A stretch of DNA of 64,000 nucleotides, from the NCBI GenBank assembly GCA_903851135.1, contig CAINNK010000045.1, positions 28,289 through 92,288 of the forward strand, read 5' to 3'. Positions 19,775 through 29,967 of the stretch are shown piece after piece. Made by a program: the position numbers and the translations under genes. Position 1 is the first letter of the stretch, and the number at the start of each line of letters is the position of its first letter. The notes under the pieces were generated by a model. The model ran no database searches, had not been told where the DNA came from, and saw nothing but the letters and a program-made list of their open reading frames with translations. The DNA is from an uncultured bacterium (GTDB lineage: Bacteria > Patescibacteriota > Minisyncoccia > Moranbacterales > GWC2-37-73).

Positions 19775-22294
19775 CTATTGAATCGCCATCGAAATCAACC
19801 CACTTAAAGTCACCACATAGGCGGTTTTATTTTTTTCATCAACGGCAAGAGCTGTGCCATTCTTAAGGTTTTCGCTATAAAATTGAGCGGTGATTGAGCC
19901 GCTGGCCTTGTCATATTGCACCAAGCGTGAATTTTTGGTATCCAATGCGTAGAGCGATTTCAAATCAATATTGGTAAATATTTTGTCAAATTGCACTGGT
20001 GTATTGGAGGTTTCTAATGTCAGGGCTTCCTGTTTGCCTTTGGAGAACTTGAGAACTTGGTTGTTTTTAACAATATAAACACTGTCGTCGATTGTCAGGT
20101 CGGAAGTGCTATCAAGGGTGACATTGTCCTTCAACCAGTTTATTTGATCTCCAAAACCACCGTCAGCTCTTGGATAGCGGGCAATTTGGTTGGCAGCCGG
20201 ATCAAGCACATAAAGATAAGTCAGATAAGTTCCAATCAAACTGGAAGCTGAAGCGTTGCCAAGATTGATTTTGTTTTCGGAAAATTTTGAGTTGGCTGGC
20301 GTAAAAGACGAAACTTTATTTTGGTCCGTAAGGAGTATCACGGTTGAAATTGAGGACATGTAGGTTGAAGTGACAATATTGCCAATGTTGCTTGGCAGCG
20401 GATATTCGAATTGTTGTCCATTTTTCAGGGTGATGACATTTTTGTCGGTCGTTGTGATAATGTTGCCGTCAGTCACTAGGACATTTTTAAGGTTGGTTTT
20501 GGAGAGCAAATTTGTTGTCTCGTTGTTGAAGCTGATGTTTTTTTCATTTGCTAATTTGGCAACTTGTGAAATTGGAGCAACCGGCAAATCTTTGATGGTG
20601 GCTGGTTTTGGTCGGTTGAGCCAGTTGGCGATAAAGATTGGCACAACGAAAATTATCACCAAAGATAATAAGGCATTTATTTTTTGCTGCGAAGTCATTT
20701 TTTGATAAAGCCCTTTTAATTTTGAAAGATGGGGAATAATCTTTGAATCTTTCAGGTTTAGTTTTTTGTTTTTTGTTTTTTGAAAAATAGCAGTAATCCA
20801 GTATGATAGTGGTCGTTGGATTTTTTGCAATGACTTAAAGCTCGCAATTATTTTTGCAGTTGCTTGGCCAAGAAAAAAATTCAATCTTTCAAATAAAAGT
20901 TTGAAGCGTTGTTGATTTTTAAAATCCGTTTGTTGATTAGTCTGCAGAGCTAATAACTCCTCATCTTCGGCACTGTTATTTTCCTCGTTTTCAAAATTTT
21001 CTTGTTGGGCAGCTGAAAATTCTTGAACAGATTGAGGTTTTTCTTTGAGGTTTATTATTTCAGCCAGTTTTCTTTTTGGGCTAGGGTTTGGTCTTGGTTG
21101 TTCTGTTGCTGGTTCTGGCTCACGCATGTCCTCTAGTATTTTCTCGGCTTGCGCTTGCTGCAGGAGGAGTTGTTCTTGTTCAAGCTGAAGTTCTTTTTCG
21201 GCCTGGACTTGTTGTTGGCGTAACTCGGCTTTGTTTTTGACTTGCTGGATTTTTTTTGCCAGTCGTTTTTTGAGTAAATTGGCATTTCTACCTAGGCTGT
21301 TTTTGGTAAAATTCCAACCGTCAGTCATTTTTTCAACGGTCAGTTCCCAATAATGTTGCGCCTGACTAATCTCTTCCGGTGGAGCTCCTCCTTGGACATA
21401 GATGTGGCCAGTTTTTTTGTCAGTATATTCTGTTGTTGGCGATTCTTCCTGCGTCTGATTCAAGTCGACAATCGTTGAAGAAATAACATTTTTTTCAGAA
21501 AAAGCCGTATTACTGAAAACGTTAATGCTTTCTTGTTCGAAATCATCATCAATGGTAGTTAGTTTTTTTGCGGCAGGAATTTTTTTGGCTTCTTCAAAAT
21601 CAGTCACAATGGTTGCGATCATCTCCAGTTCATTTGAAAGCGCTGTTTTCAAAAATTGCACGAATTGTTGCTTGGTTAGTCGCTCAAGATTTTTTTTGAG
21701 ATCTGACAACTTGAGAATATGAAAAATATCTTCACAGGTGATGATGAGGCGATCTTCTTTTTCAAGCCTACCACTGGAAACGTTGATAAAAGTCTTGAGT
21801 GGGTGTGGCGCGTTTTCATCTGAAGAGAGGCCTTCACCGATGTCGGTTAATATTTTTTTTCGGCTAAGGAAAATTTTTGCATTGCCGGCAACTGTAAAAT
21901 GAATAGAGTTCTTTTCAATGACGCAAATTGCTGCGTGCAGTTTTCCAATCCACTCCACGTTGCCGTGTTTGGCAACTTCTGATAAGGCTAAATTGACTTT
22001 GTGTAGGGCGCTGTCAAAACTTTCAGTAACAGATCTTCTGGGATTGGTGTAGTATTCTTTCTTTAAAACAGAAGTAAGGAAGTTCACAACGTAAGCTGAT
22101 TCTTCACTGTATTCCTTGATTTCAAAAAAACCAATCAGATTGCCCAGTGGTTTTTGATAAATGTTTTCTGGAGCATATTCAAAAAGCTCAATGTAGGGCT
22201 TGAGCGAGGAGTTGTTTATCACCAAAATAGGGGAAATGTTTTTTTGCAGTTCCTTGATGGAGTCTAATTTTTTTTCAGTATTCTTAGCGGGCAT
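19775..22294 (-). CDS. Conserved CPR protein: degenerate PP2C-like N-terminus, coiled coil, TM, beta-rich C-terminus
   Basis: 839 aa; 'LHKVNLAL', 'SGRLEKEDRLII', TM near aa 540, 'YLYVLD..NQI.RY' propeller-like strands. Confidence 0.6.
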   Translation of the reverse strand: MPAKNTEKKLDSIKELQKNISPILVINNSSLKPYIELFEYAPENIYQKPLGNLIGFFEIKEYSEESAYVVNFLTSVLKKEYYTNPRRSVTESFDSALHKVNLALSEVAKHGNVEWIGKLHAAICVIEKNSIHFTVAGNAKIFLSRKKILTDIGEGLSSDENAPHPLKTFINVSSGRLEKEDRLIITCEDIFHILKLSDLKKNLERLTKQQFVQFLKTALSNELEMIATIVTDFEEAKKIPAAKKLTTIDDDFEQESINVFSNTAFSEKNVISSTIVDLNQTQEESPTTEYTDKKTGHIYVQGGAPPEEISQAQHYWELTVEKMTDGWNFTKNSLGRNANLLKKRLAKKIQQVKNKAELRQQQVQAEKELQLEQEQLLLQQAQAEKILEDMREPEPATEQPRPNPSPKRKLAEIINLKEKPQSVQEFSAAQQENFENEENNSAEDEELLALQTNQQTDFKNQQRFKLLFERLNFFLGQATAKIIASFKSLQKIQRPLSYWITAIFQKTKNKKLNLKDSKIIPHLSKLKGLYQKMTSQQKINALLSLVIIFVVPIFIANWLNRPKPATIKDLPVAPISQVAKLANEKNISFNNETTNLLSKTNLKNVLVTDGNIITTTDKNVITLKNGQQFEYPLPSNIGNIVTSTYMSSISTVILLTDQNKVSSFTPANSKFSENKINLGNASASSLIGTYLTYLYVLDPAANQIARYPRADGGFGDQINWLKDNVTLDSTSDLTIDDSVYIVKNNQVLKFSKGKQEALTLETSNTPVQFDKIFTNIDLKSLYALDTKNSRLVQYDKASGSITAQFYSENLKNGTALAVDEKNKTAYVVTLSGLISMAIQ

Positions 22295-22405
22295 TTGTTT
22301 ATGATTATAACACAGTTGGTCGAAATAATCACTATCAGTATTCTTTTATAATAGCCCAAATTGACTTTGGTTGCAATTGGTTTTTTTGTATTTTTGCATA
22401 TAGGA

Positions 22406-22451
22406 GCACTTAGGGACTAAGTCCCCAATTGGGGACTTAGTCCCTAAGTGC
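22406..22451. repeat. REP doublet, perfect 46-bp palindrome
   Basis: GCACTTAGGGACTAAGTCCCCAA|TTGGGGACTTAGTCCCTAAGTGC. Confidence 0.95.
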
Positions 22452-22491
22452 GAATTCAATATATAAACAAAATTATCTATAAAAACTCCAT

Positions 22492-22522
22492 TTGACACAC
22501 TAAGCTGGGGGGGGGGTAAAAT
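22492..22522 (+). promoter_or_regulatory. Sigma70 promoter with a poly-G tract in the spacer
   Basis: TTGACA, ~19 bp containing ~G10, then TAAAAT. Confidence 0.55.
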
Positions 22523-22613
22523 AAAAGCAAATAGGGGAACTTAATTAAAAAAATAATAAACCTAAACTTTTGGAAATTATTTTTTTTAAAAAATATTTTT
22601 CGAAAACAAAATT

Positions 22614-23621
22614 ATGGGAATCGAAGATGGAGGTTTTAACCTTCCGCAAAAAAAAGAGAAGAATTCTAAAGATGAGCGCAAAAAAGGAACAGGCGAATTT
22701 ACACCTGATGAAGGTAGCGAGCAAATTCCCTCTTTAATGGGAAAATGGAAAGTAAATGAGGGCGAGATAGAAGAACTTTTTTTGGAAAACAAAAAAAACG
22801 CTGAGTTGAAACGCGAGGAATGGGAACAAAAAGTTGAGTCAGTGGATTCTTTTGAAGAAAATCAAGTTGTTATTGAAGCTAAAGCCACTTTTGAAAAAGG
22901 AGAATGGGATATTCCAGGGCTTGAAAGTCCAAAATCAATTCAAAATGATCCAATGTTCAAAGACAGTGCGGTGGAGTTATTAAAAAATGGTTCTTTCAAT
23001 ATTTATGACGGTGTCGATTATAAAGATGCTGATTATATAAGTAATTATACATTTTGTTCTTCACCTTATCCAGCTGAATCATTTTTTTCTGCAGATGGAA
23101 AAAAAGTCGAGGTTGGTGGTGAAAAAGGATTTCTTTGGGCTCAGCATATTGGAAAAATTGGAAGACGTAATAATTCAAAACAATTAGAAGAATATTACAG
23201 ATATGAGGCGACGGAAAAAATAAGTGTGGGAGACTGGGAAAAGCTTAAAGAAAAATTTGGTTCAGTTGTTTTAGATCATGGATATAGAAATAAAGATGGT
23301 GAAATTGAAAAAGCAGAATATATAAAACTTTATGCACACAATGGTTATCCACTTTTGATAGTTCGAAAAAGTGAAGGAGATATTGAGGTAGTTGGTGGCA
23401 ATGAAGTTCAAGATCTTCAATTAAATGTGTCAAATGAATTTTCTTATGGCAGTGAATATAATGAACTTGCAGATAAAGAGGAGGATTCAGTTGTTGCGTA
23501 TAAGATAAGAGCGCATAAGATAAGCAAGAAAGAGAATGAGATTAGATCAAAGGAAATAGGTTCTCTCAAGAATGATTTTGAGAAGACAGTGTATTTAATT
23601 TCTGCTGTGTGGCAACATTAA
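22614..23621 (+). CDS. Hypothetical acidic protein
   Basis: 335-aa ORF with no recognised motif. Confidence 0.75.
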   Translation: MGIEDGGFNLPQKKEKNSKDERKKGTGEFTPDEGSEQIPSLMGKWKVNEGEIEELFLENKKNAELKREEWEQKVESVDSFEENQVVIEAKATFEKGEWDIPGLESPKSIQNDPMFKDSAVELLKNGSFNIYDGVDYKDADYISNYTFCSSPYPAESFFSADGKKVEVGGEKGFLWAQHIGKIGRRNNSKQLEEYYRYEATEKISVGDWEKLKEKFGSVVLDHGYRNKDGEIEKAEYIKLYAHNGYPLLIVRKSEGDIEVVGGNEVQDLQLNVSNEFSYGSEYNELADKEEDSVVAYKIRAHKISKKENEIRSKEIGSLKNDFEKTVYLISAVWQH

Positions 23622-23707
23622 TTTCTCTTTCTAGTAAGAAATAGTTGAGAAATTTCAATAAAATCCCCCAAGTTGAACCCTTGGGGGATTTTTGTTATGC
23701 TGGGGAT

Positions 23708-24394
23708 ATGCGGAAAACAACTTTTGCTAATGGTGAATTTTATCACATCTACAACCGTGGCGTCGACAAGCGCGAGGTATTTTTGGCTGAGGCAGACTAC
23801 GAAAGGTTCTTGATTTGTTTGCGAGAATTCAACCGCATCGAAGCGATTGGGAGTTTGTATGAAAAAAGTTTCAAAAAAGTAGAGCACTTAGGGACTAAGT
23901 CCCCACTTGGGGACTTAGTCCCTAAGTGCGAGCCCCTTGTTGAAATTGTTGCTTATTGTTTGAATCCAAATCATTTTCATTTAATTCTAAAACAAATTTC
24001 AGAAAAAGGAATTAGTAAATTCATGCTGAAGGTAAGTACTGGTCATACTACTTATTTCAACAAGAAGTATAAACGTAGTGGTTCATTGTTTCAAGGGCCA
24101 TTTAAGGCAATTCAAATCGATTCGAATGACTATCTGCTTTATCTTTCTGCCTATGTGAATAGAAACTATTTTATTCATAACTTGGGGACTAAGTCCCCAA
24201 GTGAAATCTCGCAAGGTGAATGGAAATATTGCAGTGCTTTGGATTATTTGGGAAAAAGAAATGGAAACCTTTGTAACAAAAGCGCAATCCTTGATCAATT
24301 TAGGAGTGTCAATGATTATGAAATATTTTTGAATGATAACGCTGTGTACTTAAAAGAGAAAAAAGAATTGGAGAAATATCTATTGGAGGAATAA
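23708..24394 (+). CDS. REP-associated tyrosine transposase (RAYT, HUH Y1 family)
   Basis: 'YHIYNRG', 'AYCLNPNHFHL' HUH motif, 'GSLFQGPFK', catalytic Tyr in 'YVNRN'; ATG just after a TGnTATGCT -10 box. Confidence 0.9.
   Translation: MRKTTFANGEFYHIYNRGVDKREVFLAEADYERFLICLREFNRIEAIGSLYEKSFKKVEHLGTKSPLGDLVPKCEPLVEIVAYCLNPNHFHLILKQISEKGISKFMLKVSTGHTTYFNKKYKRSGSLFQGPFKAIQIDSNDYLLYLSAYVNRNYFIHNLGTKSPSEISQGEWKYCSALDYLGKRNGNLCNKSAILDQFRSVNDYEIFLNDNAVYLKEKKELEKYLLEE
23884..23929. repeat. REP doublet in-frame inside the RAYT gene
   Basis: Same 46-mer as 22406 with one central mismatch; encodes HLGTKSPLGDLVPKC. Confidence 0.95.
24180..24202. repeat. Single REP unit in-frame inside the RAYT gene
   Basis: ACTTGGGGACTAAGTCCCCAAGT, encoding LGTKSPS. 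Confidence 0.9.
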
Positions 24395-24405
24395 AACAGA
24401 AGAGA

Positions 24406-24457
24406 AAATTTCTTAGGGACTAAGTCCCCAATTGGGGACTTAGTCCCTAAGAAATTT
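24406..24457. repeat. REP doublet, perfect 52-bp palindrome
   Basis: AAATTTCTTAGGGACTAAGTCCCCAA|TTGGGGACTTAGTCCCTAAGAAATTT. Confidence 0.95.
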
Positions 24458-24639
24458 GTTGCATTAACTTTAAATATGCCAAAAGGGCGGGTTGCTATTT
24501 GGCATGGGAGCTGTATAATAGAGGTAAAGTTGCTTGTCCAGGTTAGCGTTTTTTGCGTATATCCTAAGAGCTTAATTTAATTTAAATTTTTTTAAAGAAT
24601 TTTTTTGAGCAAGGCTCACTGAAATTCACATTATTGGTT

Positions 24640-25245
24640 ATGTCTGAAGTCCTTGAAATGCTTTTTGGTTCGAAAGCAAGAGTTAGGGTGTTGAGATTTT
24701 TTCTGCTTAATAGTGAAAATGAATATAGTGTTGAAGAGATTACCAAAAAAAACATGTTGACTTCGGCTGCTGTTCGTAAGGAAGTAAATTCTCTCAAAAA
24801 AATAGGTTTTGTTAAGGAAAAAACCAAAAAAGGTGTGAAAACATATTTGCTTGATTCTTCGTTTCATTTTTACTCAGAGCTGAAAAGTTTATTTTCAAAA
24901 TCAACCGCTTCTCCGGAAAGTAAAAGTCTTGCGCGGCTAAAAGGAATTGGGGACGTAAAGCTGGCGTTAGTGAGTGGGATTTTTTTGAACTATCCGAAAA
25001 GTAAGGTAGATATGGTGCTAGTGGTGAATAATGTGAGTCGTTCAAAGCTAAAAAATGTTATGAGTAGTCTTGAGGCTGAGATAGGCAAGGAGGTCAGTTT
25101 TGCACTCATGAACAGTGAAGAATTCAAATATCGCTTGGACATGTTGGATCGTTTTTTGTTGGATTTCCTGGAAGGTCCTCATACTGAACTGATAGATAAG
25201 ATTCCTGGACTCAAGAGATTTATTTTGGGATTGAAAAAATACTAA
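24640..25245 (+). CDS. Winged-HTH protein with degenerate nucleotidyltransferase-like C-terminus
   Basis: 'LFGSKARVRVLRFF..VRKEVNSL..G' HTH; 'LVSGIF..VDMVLV'. Confidence 0.65.
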   Translation: MSEVLEMLFGSKARVRVLRFFLLNSENEYSVEEITKKNMLTSAAVRKEVNSLKKIGFVKEKTKKGVKTYLLDSSFHFYSELKSLFSKSTASPESKSLARLKGIGDVKLALVSGIFLNYPKSKVDMVLVVNNVSRSKLKNVMSSLEAEIGKEVSFALMNSEEFKYRLDMLDRFLLDFLEGPHTELIDKIPGLKRFILGLKKY

Positions 25246-25251
25246 AATTCA

Positions 25252-25453
25252 GGGGTTAACTTTTCTTTTTAGTAAAGAAAAGTTACAAAAGAAAATCGCG
25301 CCTATCTCGCGCTGTCAAAATTACTACGCTGCTTCGCTAAAAATTCCCGCTGCACTTTTTCTGCTGAAAAAGCTCGCTTGAAATTTTTTACGCTCATCCG
25401 CTTTTAATTTTGAAACGCGCTTCGTATGGCGCAGGGGAATGCGGAAATGCAAA
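25252..25453 (+). repeat. Family A structured repeat, copy 2
   Basis: Blocks near-identical to 1341-1565. Confidence 0.85.
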
Positions 25454-25485
25454 TTCTAAAATTTAAATTCTAAAATCAGTTTTTT

Positions 25486-26607
25486 ATGTCCTATCTTATT
25501 TTTATCATAGTTATCATCTTCCTAGCTGCTTTGCTGTGGTTGGTTTTTGATTTGAAGAAAAGAATTATTTCGGGTGCTAACGACAGGGAAGCGCGGGATC
25601 GAATGGTTTCTATGCAGCAATCATTGCAGCACATCGTGGAGGAAAATCGCGAGTTGCGAAAAGAAATTGATTCAAAACTTTCACAGACTCATCGCGCTGG
25701 TCAAGAGCAGATGACTCAAACAATTCGCACTGTGCAGGGGATCACGGAGCAATCGGCTAAGCTTATCAGTAATGTGACCGAAAAACTCACTAAACTTGAT
25801 GAGACCAATCGTCAGGTGGTGAATTTTTCAGCTCAATTGCAAAATTTGCAAGATATCTTGAAAAATCCGAAGCAGCGCGGAGTTTTGGGTGAATATTTTT
25901 TGGAAGAAACTCTCAAGAATGTGCTGGGGCCAAAATCGTATCAAATGCAATATAAGATGGGCAAGAGTGACAAAACTCAACAAGATTTGATTGTGGATGC
26001 GGTGGTTTTTGTGAAAGACAAAATTGTGCCAATTGATTCAAAGTTTTCTTTGGAAAATTATGAGCGAATTTTAAATTGCACTGATGGTGCCGAGCGAGAA
26101 AAATTCGAAAAACTTTTCAAGCAAGATTTGAAAAATCGAATAGATGAGACTTCAAAGTATATTCGTCCTGAGATGGGCACGATGGATTTTGCTTTTATGT
26201 TTATTCCCTCGGAAGCGATTTATTATGATTTACTGGTGAATAAAGTTGGGGCCGCTCAAATCAACACGCGCGACTTGATTGAATATGCTTTTCAAGAAAA
26301 GAAAGTTATTATTGTTTCGCCCACTTCTTTTTTGGCTTACTTGCAAACAGTGTTGCAAGGTCTGCGAGCTTTTCAAATTGAGGAAAATGCCAAGGAAATT
26401 TTGGCTAACGTGGAAAAACTTGGCAAACACATTGCGGCCTATGATGAATATTTCAAAAAATTAGGTAATAGCTTAGGCACCACGGTGAATCATTTCAACA
26501 CTGCCTATAAGGAACTTGGAAAAATTGACAAGGATGTTGCAAAAATAACCGACAAGGAAAAAGCTATTGAAGTTTTGGTAATTGAAAAACCGCATGAGTT
26601 AGTCTAA
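25486..26607 (+). CDS. rmuC: DNA recombination protein RmuC
   Basis: 'NPKQRGVLGE', 'PIDSKF', 'TMDFAFMFIPSE', 'VSPT'. Confidence 0.92.
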   Translation: MSYLIFIIVIIFLAALLWLVFDLKKRIISGANDREARDRMVSMQQSLQHIVEENRELRKEIDSKLSQTHRAGQEQMTQTIRTVQGITEQSAKLISNVTEKLTKLDETNRQVVNFSAQLQNLQDILKNPKQRGVLGEYFLEETLKNVLGPKSYQMQYKMGKSDKTQQDLIVDAVVFVKDKIVPIDSKFSLENYERILNCTDGAEREKFEKLFKQDLKNRIDETSKYIRPEMGTMDFAFMFIPSEAIYYDLLVNKVGAAQINTRDLIEYAFQEKKVIIVSPTSFLAYLQTVLQGLRAFQIEENAKEILANVEKLGKHIAAYDEYFKKLGNSLGTTVNHFNTAYKELGKIDKDVAKITDKEKAIEVLVIEKPHELV

Positions 26608-26637
26608 ATATTTTAAGTGGGTGCAATAAATAATCAA

Positions 26638-27027
26638 ATGCAGTTACTAAGGGGGGTAAAACTAAAGTTAAAAAAGTTTTTTTTGCAAGAATATTTTCAC
26701 AGTGGGCTTATTCAATGGGTGCTTATTGGTTCCCTTATTCTGAATGTTGCCAATTGGATTTTTATTGCTTTTTTCATCAGACCGGTTGATTTTCCAATCA
26801 TTCTGCATTATAATGTGTATTTCGGGGTGGATGTGATTGGCAGTTGGTGGCAAATGTACTTCATGCCACTCATCGGGCTGTTGATTTTGCTTGTAAATGC
26901 CTTTTTGGGCTATTTATTTTATCAGAAAAAAGAAAGGATTGCTGCGCACCTGTTGATGCTTGCGACTTTTGTCGTTCAAATAGGTCTTTCAGTTGCAGTG
27001 GCAAGTTTGCTTTTAATAAACTACTAG
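26638..27027 (+). CDS. Hypothetical membrane protein (DUF1648-like)
   Basis: 'ILHYNVYFGVD..G.W' and 3 TM segments; start uncertain (26617 or 26638). Confidence 0.65.
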   Translation: MQLLRGVKLKLKKFFLQEYFHSGLIQWVLIGSLILNVANWIFIAFFIRPVDFPIILHYNVYFGVDVIGSWWQMYFMPLIGLLILLVNAFLGYLFYQKKERIAAHLLMLATFVVQIGLSVAVASLLLINY

Positions 27028-27028
27028 T

Positions 27029-28720
27029 ATGGAACAATTTTTATTCCCAGATCCAAAAACCACCCAGCCGCGAGCTCGTTTTGCCCAAAGAACGATGGAG
27101 ATAATTCCTGGCATCCTCACTTGGACAACCTTGATTGGCATGGTGGTGCTTTCTTTTGCGCTACCAATTTGGATGGCAGTTTTCATTATTCTTTTTGATA
27201 TTTATTGGATTTTCAGAACTATTTTTATTACCTATTATTCGGTGGTTGCTTATCGACGTTTTCAAAGTGGAAAAAAACTTGATTGGTGGGAGCGTTGTCA
27301 GAATATTATTCATCCTTTGGCATACAAAGAGGATTTGGCTAAACGCATTATTATATTAAAAGATATCTTGAGTGAGATGACTGCTTTTGGTGATCGTCGA
27401 AAATTAAAGCAGGAAATTGTTAGACTTGTTGAATATAAAAAAGATGTGCAGCGGCTTATTTTGGCCGGACATGAAATTTGGGATTGGCGAAAAATCGTGC
27501 ATGTGGTGCTGCTTCCGACTGCCAATGAACCGGCCGAAGTCATTGAGCCAGCTATTCAAGCGGTGATGGACTGTAATTTTCCAAATCAACAGATCATTAT
27601 TTTACTGGCAACAGAAGAGCGCGAGCCGGAAAAACAGCGAACAGAAAAGATTGATTATTTGCAAGCCAAATTTAAAGGAGTTTTTAAGGATTTTTTGGTT
27701 ACGGTGCACGAGGTTTCTGACAATGAAATGAAATGCAAAGCTTCAAATGCAACCTATGCAGCCAAAAAATTAATGACCTACTTGAATGAAAATGAGATTG
27801 ATTATACGCGGGTGATTTTTTCGAATTTCGATTGTGATAGCGTTTGTCATCGACAATATTTTGCAGCACTAACTTATGCCTATATTACTGATCCAAAACG
27901 GTTGCAGCGTTCTTATCAACCCTTGCCGATGTACCATAATAATTTGTGGGACACTAATGCTTTTGTACGCGTGATTGTGACTGGTTCTTCTTTCTGGCAT
28001 ATGTTTCAAAGCACTCGTCAGCAAATGGTGACTTTTTCTTCGCATAGTGAACCTTTTGACACCTTGGTGCGGGTGAATTTTTGGCCACTTAATATGATTA
28101 GTGAAGACTCGATTATTTATTGGAAATGTTTCACTTATTACCACGGGGACTATAAAGTAAAGCCAATTTATTTGCCCGTATCTTTGGATGCGGTGTTGGC
28201 GGAAACTTATTGGAAGACTATCAAGAATCAATATAAGCAAAAAAGACGTTGGGCTTATGGGATTGAAAATTTTCCAGTTATTATGCGAGCGATTTGGCCT
28301 GACAAAAAAATCAAAACCAGAAAAAAGCTTTCAATTGCTTTTGAGATGCTGGAAGGTCATCACTCTTGGGCAACTTCTGCTTTTATCTTGGCGGTTTTGG
28401 GATGGCTGCCATTGATTTTTGGTGGCTCAGCTTTTAATGAAAGTGTGTTGGCGCATAACTTGCCATTCGTGACTCGTTATCTGATGACCTTGGCAATGGG
28501 CGGCTTGGTTATATCTATGTTTTTAAACTTTTTTCTCTTGCCGCCGCGACCGGCAAAATATTCCAAAAAAAGATATATCTATATGTTTTTGCAATGGTTT
28601 CTAGCTCCGATTATTGCGCCTACGCTTGGCGCTTTGCCAGCCATTGATAGCCAAACGAGAATTTTGTTTGGAAAATATTTTGGTGAATTTTGGGTGACAG
28701 AAAAAGTACGAAAAAAATAG
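27029..28720 (+). CDS. Membrane glycosyltransferase family 2
   Basis: 'FDCDS', 'ISED' and 'QKRRWAYG' (QxxRW) motifs. Confidence 0.88.
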   Translation: MEQFLFPDPKTTQPRARFAQRTMEIIPGILTWTTLIGMVVLSFALPIWMAVFIILFDIYWIFRTIFITYYSVVAYRRFQSGKKLDWWERCQNIIHPLAYKEDLAKRIIILKDILSEMTAFGDRRKLKQEIVRLVEYKKDVQRLILAGHEIWDWRKIVHVVLLPTANEPAEVIEPAIQAVMDCNFPNQQIIILLATEEREPEKQRTEKIDYLQAKFKGVFKDFLVTVHEVSDNEMKCKASNATYAAKKLMTYLNENEIDYTRVIFSNFDCDSVCHRQYFAALTYAYITDPKRLQRSYQPLPMYHNNLWDTNAFVRVIVTGSSFWHMFQSTRQQMVTFSSHSEPFDTLVRVNFWPLNMISEDSIIYWKCFTYYHGDYKVKPIYLPVSLDAVLAETYWKTIKNQYKQKRRWAYGIENFPVIMRAIWPDKKIKTRKKLSIAFEMLEGHHSWATSAFILAVLGWLPLIFGGSAFNESVLAHNLPFVTRYLMTLAMGGLVISMFLNFFLLPPRPAKYSKKRYIYMFLQWFLAPIIAPTLGALPAIDSQTRILFGKYFGEFWVTEKVRKK

Positions 28721-28880
28721 CGTATTTTTCGAATATCTAGATGTTTACGTATCTGCTCTCAAATTCCTAGAGTGTATTTTCTTGAGAAAATTTTCCCTGG
28801 TCTATTTTAAGTCTTTATCACTAAAAAACTGATTGTAGGTAATTTCAGATCAAATACATAAGTCCTAGAATAAATCTTTC

Positions 28881-29918
28881 ATGGAAAGCAATATTTTTTT
28901 GACACCTTTTTTACTTGCGTTTTCTGTTGCTTTTTTTTTGCTCTTGACGCTCGTGCGATTTTTTCAAAATTATCAATTTGCGAGCACAGGCAAAAGGATA
29001 TCATTACGACATATTCATAACGTGGGAATCTCTCGTTTTGGAGGCGTGGCGATAATTTTATCTTTTGCGGCTGCTTTGTTGCTGGATAAAAAATTAGTAA
29101 TTTCCAGTCAATTGCTTGGCGTGCTTTTTGCCAGTGTGGTCATTTTGATTTTCGGCATTCTTGATGATCTGTGGCAATTGTCATGGAAAAAGCAATTATT
29201 TTTTCAAACAGGTGTAGCGCTATTTGTTTTTTTGATTGGGATTAAATTGGAATACGTGACTAACCCTTTGGGCGGAATTTTTTTTCTAGATGGAGGTTTT
29301 GGGTCAGTGCTGAATTTAATATTGGTTGTCTCTTGGATCTTGTTGATTATTAATGCTATGAATTGGGTTGATGGGGTTGATGGGGTTAGTGGCGGGATTT
29401 CAGCCATCGGCGCCTTGGCAATCTTTTTTGTTAGTTTGCGACCGGAAGTTAATCAACCGCCGGTTGCGATAATCGCAGCAGCTTTGTTGGGCTCAATATT
29501 TGCTTTTCTTGTGTTCAATTTCAATCCGGCTAAAATATTAGCCGGGACAAGTGGTAGTGTCTTTATGGGATTTATTCTGGCCATTCTGGCCTTGTTTGCT
29601 GGCGCAAAAATTGCCACCACGCTGCTTGTTTTGGCTGTTCCAATCATTGATGCGCTTTGGGTTATCAAGCGGCGTTTCAGCTCCAGGGCAAGTGTTTTTA
29701 GAGCTGACAGGCGACATCTCCATTATCGTTTGCTTGAGTTGGGTTGGTCGCAAAGAAAAATTTGCCTTTTCTATTTGTTGATTACATCATTGATAGCAAT
29801 CATGGCTCTAAACACAAGAGCGGTGGGGAAGGCGATTATTTTCTTTACCGTCATTGTTTCAATGCTTTTTGTTTATATTTTTGTTGACAAAAAAGGGCAA
29901 TCAAATAGTAATCAATAA
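28881..29918 (+). CDS. WecA/MraY-family polyprenyl-phosphate GlcNAc-1-phosphate transferase
   Basis: 'GILDD', 'NAMNWVDGVDG', 'FNFNPAKI', 'DRRHLHYRL'. Confidence 0.92.
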   Translation: MESNIFLTPFLLAFSVAFFLLLTLVRFFQNYQFASTGKRISLRHIHNVGISRFGGVAIILSFAAALLLDKKLVISSQLLGVLFASVVILIFGILDDLWQLSWKKQLFFQTGVALFVFLIGIKLEYVTNPLGGIFFLDGGFGSVLNLILVVSWILLIINAMNWVDGVDGVSGGISAIGALAIFFVSLRPEVNQPPVAIIAAALLGSIFAFLVFNFNPAKILAGTSGSVFMGFILAILALFAGAKIATTLLVLAVPIIDALWVIKRRFSSRASVFRADRRHLHYRLLELGWSQRKICLFYLLITSLIAIMALNTRAVGKAIIFFTVIVSMLFVYIFVDKKGQSNSNQ

Positions 29919-29967
29919 CTAGTAATTAGTAACTAGTAATTAGTAAAAAGTAGGCATTGATTTTGAT

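Noticed and set aside
22406-24457. REP palindromes as a CRISPR array
   Set aside because: Irregular spacing of hundreds of bp, copies inside a CDS, no spacers and no cas genes
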